DNA from: Leucoraja erinacea
Taxonomy: Eukaryota
Assembly (NCBI RefSeq): GCF_028641065.1
Contig: NC_073390.1
Location: forward strand, 9,796,001 to 9,860,000
Reading direction: 5' to 3'
Length of the DNA stretch: 64,000 nt
Made by a program: the position numbers and the translations under genes. Shown here one piece after another: positions 25,384 through 37,300 of the stretch. How positions within the stretch are numbered: the stretch's first letter is position 1; each line of letters opens with the position of its first letter. The notes below the pieces were generated by a model. It had not been told where the DNA came from. It did not search any database and saw only the letters and a list, made by a program, of their open reading frames with translations.

Positions 25384-28300
25384 TATAGAGAGAGATTCCA
25401 GCCTCTTAACTCCAAGCACCGTGGTAGATCAACACTTACAAAAAAATCCCAATCGCTGACATGATCTCGGGCAAATCCCGTCCCCGGAGACGTCATGTCC
25501 GTTATTTGGCTTTTCAGCATCGCGTCCATTCGGTTATTTGGTTCTTCGCCGTTGTTTCCATTCGGTTATTTGGCTCTTCGGCATCATTGCCGTTCGGTAT
25601 CTTGGCTTCCACTTCTTCGCTTCGGCTTCTCGTCCTTCGACGTCCCGTCCGCACACGTTCTCTGCATCCCATCCAATGCCTTCACACCTTTCCTGTAATG
25701 GGGTAATCAGAACTACATGCAATACTCCAAATTCCTGCCTAACCAAAGTCTGCAAAGTAAACTTCTTCACTCTCCACTACACAACCAATTTTGGTATCAT
25801 CCACAAACTCACTACCACCCTCTGTCTCCTTCCATTAAACCAATTTGATAACCTTTGGCCAGCTCGCCCAGATATCCATGCAAAACCTTACAGACCAGCC
25901 TACCAAGTGGACCCTTGGCAAAGGGCTTATTCAAGTATAACTACTCTGAGGAAATCCAAGTTTCTTGGTTAAAAGTCTCATCAAAATGATAACACCTTCT
26001 CCATGTGACGTTGCAATATGTGTGAATGCTCAAATGTTTAAAGTGCATTTGAAACACGACATGTCCACTTAAAGTGCAATAGTGTTAGCAATGAACCATG
26101 GGCAGGATCTCACAAGAATCATGCTGTCATGAAGCAGCAATTGCACGCAATTGTCTCATTTAGATTATTGCACCTAATGTGGATTCTAGCTCCTTTAAAC
26201 TAACAAGATATGGCTAAGACAAAATGATAAAATTGCTTGTTGGAACATCAGAGGGAACCACAGTATTATATGTAAATAAAAGTAATCTATTTAAACAACT
26301 CTGGAGTCATTTAGGTTTAGGGAATACCAAATAAAACAGTCAAGCTTATTAAAATAAGCAACACAAACACCTTGATTCACAACAATGTGCAGCAAAACAA
26401 ACGGCACTTTGCCAACAAATGCTCATTAGCAGCACATTAAAATAATTTGAATGAACAAAGAAAAAATATCAAAGTGTAAAATAAAAATTGAAAATAGGGA
26501 AAATACAGCACGTGAGGCAACATCTAAGGGAATCTCTTGCTGAGTATTTCCAACATTTACTGACTTATTTTAGATGACCACTATTTATAGCTTACTTGAT
26601 TTTCAATCTCAAAAGGTAAGGCTCATGTAATATATATATATATTTTTTTAATTAGAAGCAGTGTACAAAAGTATAAACCGCAGCATATGACATAATACAG
26701 TTTTTGCCGTTAATACAGTTAATACAGGCTCATGTCATATTTTAAGGAGATTGAAGCAATGATAAGATACTTAAGCTGAAAAGGAATATTTGTGAAAATA
26801 TTCTGTACATACTGTCAGAGTCACAGATTCTTCTCCAGATTGTATATCCCAGAGCTTTGCTGTAGTATCCATACTGCCTGTTGCCACAAGGGAGCTTTGA
26901 GGATTAAATGATAAACACACCTAGAATGGGTTAATAGTAAGAGTCAAAAAGTGAAACATTTCTAAATATTTTACTCTGCAAAGTTATTTTCCTTTCTCTA
27001 AAGATCAGGCATTTTTTCAAATACAGTAGCATGTTCCCCCATTGTTTCTTAAAGGAACCCTAGCACAGTGGATGTTACCTACTGCAGAATGCAATGAACC
27101 AAGTAAAGGAAAAAAACCTCCCAAAAGACATTTACATTCCTTATTCATTCATGCAGTCTGCAGCGGGCCAGTCGGCAACATTCCCTGACTGACATCTCGC
27201 TCTGCTGGGTGGTGAACAACGCTCGGGCAGACCAATGAGCGTCTTTTACCTAGTTGATGACCTTCCAGCAGCACTCGATGTCAGCCTCTGAATGTGTCCC
27301 TGGGAACAGTCCGTAAATCACAGAGTTGTCTGTGACGGAGCTGTTCGGGATAAAGCATTCCAGGGACCCTTACATAGTTCTCCAGACTCTTTTTGCAAAT
27401 CCACACTCTGCAAAGAGGTGGGCGACCATCTCCTCTCCATAGTAGCCGTCCCGAGGGCAGCGTGCGCTGGTAGTGAGGTTCCGACGGTGCAGGAAGGATC
27501 TGACTGGGAGGGCTCCCCTCACCGCCAGCTAAGCCAGATCTTGGTGCTTGTTGGTGAGTTCTGGCGATGAGACATTTTGCCAAGGTCCTCCCGCTGCTGG
27601 ATATGGGGGGCAGGATATGGTGGAGACACCCCTCAAAATAAGGGAAGGTATCCCACGCCAGGGGGCCACATGAGTGGCACGGGTGGGAGACAGTTTTGTG
27701 GAATTTAAAAAATGTATAAACTGTATTGAACAATTTGTACAGCCTCCGAAAATGTTGGATGAATTTTTTGCACGGTTCACGTATTGTATATATTTATTAC
27801 TTGAATAAAGTCTATTTTAAAAAATTTTTTTAAATCCTTATTCATTTATAAAGTTACATTGTATAAGCATTATGTTTAAGAAAGTTACAATGTAAAGCAT
27901 TAGTTATTTGGTTTTCCATTGTTAAGGGAGAAAGTTATTTTGCATAATACCAGGCAAATCATAATGAGAACTCGAAGGACAAAGTTGATGCTACGTAGAG
28001 CTAACTGAAAATCAGCAAATAACTATTTTATATTCATAGACAATGGACAGACTACATCGCAGGATTCCCCATGCAATAACAGCTTCATTATAAAATGCAA
28101 TTGAAATGAAAATCTAAATTAAATCCATTTGTGTTTTTCAGTGCACATACAAATTGAGATCAGTATTGTTTATTACAAGGAAATAATTTTATAATCATGC
28201 AAAAAAATTAAACTTAAGTATTCCTCAATGTATAATTTTGTAGTCTGAATGCTCCTTGATTGACAAGCATTTTTATTTGCCTTGTGTTGCACATGGATAA

Positions 28301-31300
28301 GAAATACTTATCTCCAAATGGATTACTACCAAGCATGCGTTCCAGAACTCAAGATATATGTTCACCAATCAAGGAATATGCACTACCCTCTGTCACTCAC
28401 AAAAGGACTAATTCATTCAAATTCTGTTTCCTGTTGGCCAACCAGTTTTGTTGTCCACCAAGCTCACATACCATAATATTGCAGATTTATCTCTTATGTT
28501 TGGCCTTATTGAAAGCTTCCTTAAAGTTTAATAAATGTTACATTCAATAATTGTACCTCATCTATCCTGCAACTTACAATATGAGAATTATATGGTATGC
28601 CAACTACTTTTTCAGTCATGGATCATTTTCAGTGGCTCCTACTGAACAAGCTTTAAGGAGGGACCAGAACGTGTGGGGGTGCTCAGCATGCAGGCCATTA
28701 GCTGCCTGGTTGGGCTAGTTCAACCATTAGAGGTTCAGAGCCTGAGGTAGGATTGGTTGACATTGGGGGATAGAACCTGTGAGAAGTGAATCAAACTAAC
28801 TTCAGAGATTTGGCCGTCTCTATCGGTGGTGTTAGATGGTTAAACAGACAATCACAAATGATTGATGAGTTGAGAGTAGACAAAAATGCTGGGGAAACTC
28901 AGCGGGTGAGACAGAATCTATGGAGCGAAGGAATAGGTGACGTTTCAGGTCGAGACCCTTCATCAGTCTGAAGAAGGATCTCGACCCGAAATGTCACCTA
29001 TTCCTTCGTTCCATTGATGCTGCCTCACCCGCTGAGTTTCTAAAGCATTTTTGTCTACCTTCATTTTTTCCAACATCTGCAATTCCTTCTTAAACGATGT
29101 TGAGAGTGTCGGTTAACTAAAAATCTGGGACTGATTTCAGTAGGTGGTTTGGAACCTGGAAGAGGGACACAAGGATAAACGCGAGGTATGACACTAGCAC
29201 TACAGGAGCTCTGACTACTGCTGTTCTATGAATGCAGGATTTTCTTGGGAATGACTAACATGGTCTAATTTCCTAAATAACATCGTTTAAGCTCGCAATT
29301 TCAAGAATGATGCAAAATTACACAGAAATTGTCATCAACGAGTGTCACTCCAAATGAAAAGTATTTTTAATCACTGATATAAATATCTACACATTCATAC
29401 ATTTTCAGGGCTGTGTTTCAACCAAACGAGTAATAGCATTTGTGTAGGAAAGAACTGCAGATGCTGGTTTAAATCGAAGGTAGACACAAAATGCTGGTGT
29501 AACTCAGCGGTACATGCAGCATCTCTGGAGAGAAGGAATGGGTGATGTTTCGGGTCGAGACCCTTCTTCAGACTCCGTAATAGCATTTGCTGGCCTAAAG
29601 ATTTAATTGTATGCTAGGATATTGCTTTCCAAGTGCTCATCACTAGGTGGCTATTATTAAGGATTTTACTTCGGAGTCACGTGAGTGACTACGTGAAGAG
29701 CCCGCTCAGCACGCATGCGCGGCATTGCGTTCAGCAGTGCAACAGTGGCTGCAGCGGGATTCAGGCGCTCCCGCTACAGTTTAAAAGACGGACCGTCAGG
29801 TAAGTTACTCTGAGGTCGGTTTTCTGTTGGCTAGGAGAGCCTTCTGCTTTGTTTCCACAGCATGAATATGAACAAGAAAAGGCTCTTGAAGAAACCTGTT
29901 CCCCGCTCTGCTCCAACGGAGGAGCGTTCCATCAGTGGGGGGCAGGAGGCGGTAGGACCACTTACCCGGCGCTCCGCCATCCCCGACACCGGGCCGAGCC
30001 CAATCTTGCTAGCGCCTGAGCAGCAGAATGGATGCAAAGCCACCAGGAAGACCATCCGGCCAGTGGTTTCCGATTCGTCGGACGGGGACGTCTCACCACC
30101 CGTTCGGGGGAGAGACAGCCGCCTGAGCCGCATGTAGCGGCTCCTGGAGCAGGTGCTCCAGCGAGACTCACTGTGTGAGGAGCAGTCTCGCAGGGGGAGT
30201 TCAGGCACTCCCTCCACAGTGCCTTGTGCACTGGCCATCGCTTTCCCCTCATCCGAGGGCAGCTTTGGCACCAGGGCTGGGCTGGTCAGGAAGTGGGGAT
30301 GCTGGCTGAAGAAGTCGGGAGTCTGCCAGGGGTGCAGGAACAGGAAGAGCTGCTGGGTGTGGTGGACCGCTAGGTGGCAGCCCCACGTGCAGGAAGGCCA
30401 TTAGAGCCTAAACTAGCAGCCAGCATTAACCACCTCTCCAACAGGCCCCTACAGGAGCAGGTGGTTAATGAGCTGGATGAGGGAATTGAAGGCAATATCT
30501 CCAAGTTTGCGGATGACACTAAGCTTGGGGGCAGTGTTAGCTGTGAGGAGGATGCTAGGAGACTGCAAGGTGACTTGGATAGGCTGGGTGAGTGGGCAAA
30601 TGTTTGGCAGATGCAGTATAATGTGGATAAATGTGAGGTTATCCATTTTGGTGGCAAAAACGGGAAAGCAGACTATTGTCTAAATGGTGGCCGATTGGGA
30701 AAGGGGGAGATGCAGCGAGACCTGGGTGTCATGGTACACCAGTCATTGAAGGTAGGCATGCAGGTGCAGCAGGCAGTAAAGAAAGCAAATGGTATGTTAG
30801 CTTTCATTGCAAAAGGATTTGAGTACAGGAGTAGAATTATGTCAGAAAACCCATAATAACCCACTATTTAAGTGAAAGAGGGAAACACTACATAAATGTA
30901 AATTTATCAACTTTACACAAAATGTGAAAGTTATTGGTATCAGACATCAGGAACAATGTTAGAACTGATCACAAAGAGGCATTGGTAAGAATGCATCTTT
31001 CATTGCTTTCATGAAATATACATGTGTTCTTTTGAAGTCCATTGCTCTGAACTGCTAGTGCACGCAAATGGGTGAATGAAGTGATCGTTATCATGGTCTA
31101 GCAAGACGTTTTCAATTATTTGCCTGCTATAAAAAGGGCACTTTTCCATGTTTAATTTAGTTTTGTTTAGAGATACAGCGCGGAAACAGATACAGCACGG
31201 AAACCTTCGGCCCATCGAGTCCGCACTGACCTGTGATCCCCGCACATTAACGCTATCCTACGCAAACTCGGGACTATTTACATTTGTACCAAGACAATTA

Positions 31301-34300
31301 GCCTACAAACCTGTACGTCTTTGCAGTGTGGGAGGAAACCGAAGAGCTCAGAGAAAACCAATGCAGGTCATGGAGAGAACGTGCAAACTCCGTGCAGACA
31401 GCACCCATAGTCAGGATCAAACCCGGGCCTCTGGTGCTGCAAGGCAGCAAGTCTACCGCTGCGCCACCGTGCCTAACCTACTTATTTGACATAAATTCAA
31501 TCTATCCCTCGTAAATTAGAAGATAATTAGGACGCCACAGAGGCACAGCTGGTAGAGTTGCTGCCACTGCACAAGAGACCTGAGTTTGATCCTGACATCA
31601 GCTACCGTAGGTATGGAGGTAGTATGTTCTCCGTATAACCTCGTGGACTTTCTCCAGATGCTCCGCTTTTCTCCCACATCCCAAAGACGTGTGGGTTTGC
31701 AGGTTAAATAGCCTCTGTAAATTGCCCCGTGTGTGTAGGGAGTGAAAAAGTGAGATAACAGAAAATTAGTGTGACTCGATGGTAGACATGGACTCTGTGG
31801 ATCAAACGGCCTGATTCCATGCTGTATCTCCAAACTAAACTAAACTAAAAGGGAGACAGGAATAAGGAAATTTAAGTGGTGTTCCTTCGGGTTCTACATT
31901 GAGATTCAGCAGATAAGTGTTCTTGCCTTCAGAATTAATTAACATGTGACAATGGCATTATTAATTGAGTTATTCAATTCAGTGATGAAAAGCAATGTTT
32001 TTTCTATAAATAAAATAAAAATACTAAGAATATTTTGCCGGACAGACAGCATCTGAGAGAAAATGAGTTACTGTTTCAAGTCAATGAGCCTTCATCAGAA
32101 CTATGTCTGTGACATGGGCCATTGGCCTAAAAATCGATTGATATGAAACATTAAGGCTGTTTATTCTTAATTGATTCTACCTGACCTGCTCAGTATACCC
32201 AGAATTTTCTTGATGTATTTCAGATATCCAGCATCTGCAACTTTTTGCTTTTACGTTTGTTGTTTATCACATTACATTATTTGTTGGGATCTGACATGAA
32301 TATTTATCTATATATAACCAAAACTCTGATCTTGTTATCTTCCGGTTTGGCGGTCTTTCTATTTGCGCAAAAATGGTTCGCGATGTGCTACGATTTTCGC
32401 CAGTTCACTCACCATTCTCCTGTGCTACGAGTGCACCAAGTTTTGTTCTGATCGGTTGAAGGTCGTAAAAGTTAGCGAGGTTTAAAAATCTTAAAAACCG
32501 CGCATGCGCAGATCGATCTCTTCCCCTGCCTGTCAGCACCGCGCGGATTAGTCTCTTCCCCTGACACTCCACGGGACGGTCCGCCCCTTCCTGCACCATC
32601 GCTTCTTTACTGGCGCTGAGGATGGCCTGCGGAGGTTCCAACCAGACTTTCGGAAGGACCCGGCGGTGAACGACCAGTGACCAGCGCTCGCTGTGAGTAG
32701 GTATGTTACAAAACGTACCTGAATCGTGGCTGAGCATCTGCCCCACCCCTTGTGTGTGATTTTGGCGCTGTATAGAGGGGGCGGGTTTAAAACGAGATTT
32801 TTACTAGGCTGTTCCAATCGAAAATGTTCAGCCTAGTAAATCATTAACGGAAAATCGCTGAAAGACCCCGTCGCAAAAGGTATTATTAGTTTTTATGGCC
32901 TTGTATAATATTTAAGTAGTTTAAAAATCACTCTCTCACTCCGCAACCTCTCGCAGCCCCAGGGTTTTATAAAGCAAACAATTAAAGGTATGTACCTTAT
33001 TTTTACATTAAATGGGGCTTGTCATATAACCCTGTATATAAAGTTTTCTATAGCGAGTAGCTCATTTTGGGCTCTTTATATCCCGCAGTATTTTTCTGGG
33101 CACTTGAGGGCACAAATCCAGCGCAATGTGAACGTTCTAAACCAGCACGTTCACAGGAACCCACTAGAAAGCCGATTTAAATTGACTTTAATTTACAGCA
33201 AATGAACACTAAATTCCTTCCATTTGGCCTATAAATTGATGTAAATGAGATTTAAAAATCATGTTTTATTGTGAATTATTTGTGAATATTATTTGGACAC
33301 TTAGGCTATTTAAAAATGATAATCATTTATTAAGAAATGGATAGATGTTTAGACTAGTAATTGAAGTTTTGAAATTAGCTACAATTGGGTAACTAACTAA
33401 TTATATGCTTTAATTTCAGGTCATCCAAGTAAGATTGTTTTATATTTGTTTCAGAATACTTCAATCTACGATAACTGAAAATTTCATTCAGTTCTCTTAA
33501 TTTTTAAGAAGGTTATGGGCTTTTGACTGTCCACGATCACAGCTTTTTTGTTATGTCCATAGAAAATCAATAGGGAACAAGATGCTAATTTCCGAGTATG
33601 AAAATGGCCATAACTTTTTTATTACTTGAGATATGAAAGTGAATTAGGTGTCAAATTAAACTTATTGTTATGCTTTATCTGATGGGATAAATTGCAGACT
33701 TGATTTTTTAAATCTCAAAATTTTGTAACATTGCTACTGTGAGTCCTCATCGCACCGCCAATTCCAGCTACTACCCCTCTCGCTGGCTCCTCCCCTGTGA
33801 TGCCCCCCCTCTCCCCCATGGCTCTTCCCCCGTCTTTTCTCCGAGCTCACTCCCCCCGCCACACAGCACTCTCCCCCCACAAGCCCCCTGCCTACACACC
33901 CCACCCCCACCCCCCATGTCCCCCTGCCCACACACACCCCCCTCCCCCGCCCGCATACAACACACCCTCCACCCCCACCCACCCCCGCCCCACACCCAAC
34001 CCATCCCCCCCCCCCCCACACACCCCCCCCCCACACACCCCCCCACACACTTCGCCCACCCCCACAACTTCCCCGTGCCACCACAACCTCCCCTGCCCCC
34101 ATTCGCCCACCCAGTCCGCCACACACAATCCCCCTGCCCCGACAACCCCCCCCCACCCCCCACAGGCTCCCTACCACCCCACAACCCACCCCCCCCCCCA
34201 CAACCCCACCCCCCCAACAACCCGCCCTTCCTCATAAACCCCCTCCCCCACAACCCCTACCCTCGCCACACACCCCACTTCCCTCCCCCTCCCACACATG

Positions 34301-37300
34301 AAGGGGAGGGGAGGAAGTGCTCGAGGATGAGGGGAAATGAGCTGCGCATGCGCAGTTAGGGGCTATGGATCAGTGGTGGAATATTGCGTTGGGAGAATGG
34401 GTTGCGCTGCGGTAACAGGTGAGTGGTGGAATATTGCGTTGGGGAAATCAGTTGTGTTGGGGGACCAGGCCTCCCATGTGACTGGGACCCAATGGGTCCC
34501 ACTTAGTCTAGTAATCCTTAAAAGGCCCGGTTGTGATTTTCACAAAGTATCAATGGTATTCAAAGGAAAATAGTATTATATCATATGCATTGCAGTAGAA
34601 GTGATATACAAACAATACTAGACATAAAGAAAACAAGAATGCTGACATCTAATGATAAATTAGCAAATATCCATGAACATTAGAGATGCTTTAGGCTCAC
34701 AATGCATATCCACTTGTGAATAGGTTATCAGCAAACTAAATAGGCCGTGGGCCGAGGTGTCAAAAGGGCTCTAGATTATAATTTTTGTGATCCATCTCTG
34801 CTAACTACTTCAAATTAGGTACATTTAGATAAAACATCATTGTTAAGGAACTTATAACTCGTCAGTGCAAAAAGTTGCACACTAATTAATTAAGCTAATT
34901 GGAAAGGGTATCAGCGCCCTCTTGTGCTCAATAATATATAGCTGTATGTGGGAACATTGAATATGAGACTGCCACAGTGGACTCGGGCTGCTCTCTGATT
35001 TACGGTGGTCCTCACTCTGGTAATGGATGAGGCCCAGGACAGAAAGGTCGGATTCAGAATGGGAGGAGGAGTTGAAGTGCTGAACCACCGGGAGATCAGG
35101 TTGGTTATTGTAGCCAGAGTGAGGACCACCATTGGAGGAGCAGCACCTCATATTTCGCTTTTGGCAAGTTTGCACCCCAGCGGTATGAACATTGACTTCT
35201 CTAATTTCAGGTAGTCCCTACTTTCTCCTCCCATTCTCAGCTCTCCCTCAGCCCACTAGCTCCACCTTATCCTTTTTTCTTCCGCCCCCCACCCTCACAT
35301 CAGTCTGAAGAAGGGTTTTGAGCCAAAACGTTGCCTAGTTCCTTCGCTCCATAGATGCTGCCTCACCCGTTCAGTTGCTCCAGCATTCTTTCATCCCCTT
35401 CTGGATCATTAGCATCAGCCCACCTGACGCCACGATTACACCAAATGTCAACATGGTGGGGAGCAGCACTGCCCTGCACGCCGCCCGGGCCACCTTCAGC
35501 ACCCCCATAGCGCCGGCTCCGTCAGTCTGCCCGCTTGCTCACTGCAACACCGCTGACAGCTCGACCACCCCCTCACAGCACCCAACGGCCGGCCGACATT
35601 CCAACCGACCCCTCACAGCACCCACTAGCCGGCCGAAAGCTGGACCAACTGACTGACCCCCTCTCTTCCATGCTGCTGTTTAGCTCGGCTCAAGGCCGCC
35701 TGCAGCACCCCCATAGCGCAGTCATATTCACAAATACCCCAAAGGGCTGGATGTTTTCAGGTTACGGGCATGATCTGGCCGACCTCTGTCCTAACCCTAA
35801 CCCTCTTCCATTGAGAGGAAAATGCCTAACATTGACACTGACCCTAACCCTGACCCTGATCCTATCCCTAACCATAACCCTGACCCTGACACTAACCCTA
35901 GCTCTACATTTTTATTTATCATTTTTATTTCACAATTCACAACAGCATAACTTTGCAAAGACAAATCAGTTGTAAAACAAAATGATCAGCAAGTGGTTAG
36001 CATTACCTTTCTTCCTTCGAAACCTTGCTATCGTTGTGATCTTATTAGGAAGCAGCCATGATCCCAGTGTGCTCGCTGCCTAGCTAGCATGAAACAAAGC
36101 ACGTGATTGGTCAATTGGCGTCCGACTCAATGTCAAACGTGCTTTGATTGGATAATTACTAGTCGGAAAATTGGAGGTTTTCCTCATATTTTAAAAAATA
36201 TGTGAGGGTTTTGTTCTTGACGAGTTTAAGGTATGATTTCTATAATATTTCCTACACAATATGTTATAAATATAGGTAGATATGTGATTTAGGTCACAAA
36301 ATGAAATGAAAAAGCACCTCGGCCCACGGTCTAAAAGCACCGAAAGATAAAATGGCAATAATGGCATAATATTATGTTATTAATGCAATTCTCTTGTGCA
36401 AATAAACTCAAGTCAGTGAATTCCATATAACCATCGCAAAATGCACTTATTGGGGGAAAATAATTATTTGCAGAAATATATTCATTTAAATCTACAAAGC
36501 TTATTAACTTACAATCTCCGCAGTATGTCCTCGAAAGGTATGGTAACATTTGCCTGTTTCAGAGCTCCATAATTTACAGGTTTTATCAAATGAGCCGGTT
36601 GCAATTTTGTCTCTAAAACAAATAAACACATGCTTTAAGTATAACAAAAGACATCGAACATAAACATCTGTAAAATGTTCTTCATTGCAATCTGTAGCCC
36701 TGGCCAACTAAACCGCTTGCCAGGAGCTTTTCTCAGTTCAAAGTTATGGTCGAAAATATGAAGAATAATTTGCTCATTCCCGTATGAAAGAAATCACTTA
36801 CAGGACATTTAAGTTGAAGCAGTAGCATATTGTTTGTACATGCAATTTCACATACTATTCCAAATGTCATGACAATAATAACCACTTATTGCATAATTGT
36901 TAAGGTTGCAAAGTTAGAAAAGGAGGATAAATTATATGTATAATTCCTTTCCTCATAATAACCAGATTTTCAAAGTAATTATGAGGCTTTAGAGATGCCA
37001 TAATGGCGGATTCTATTCCTCTACACATTTCAACTGCTGTTTTTTTTTTGTGTAATCCATTCAGGAAGAAAAGGTCACATAGGAGATTTTTAAACGCATC
37101 ACTGAGCAGTGCTGCTGAAGATAACACAGGATAATTATTCATTATTTACAGATGGTACTTAAAACTGCAAAGTGGCTTGGATATTTGTCACACTTCAGTA
37201 AGTCTAAAAAGATCAAGCATACGGTTTAGTTACTGCCTTTTCACAATCAATGTTGGACAATCCAGGGAAATTAGTTGCATATAAAGTTATACACATTAAT

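Noticed and set aside
33734-34359. Long Pro/His- or Gly-rich ORFs
   Set aside because: Translation of the C-rich low-complexity tract inside a Helitron; the frames are open only because stop codons are absent.
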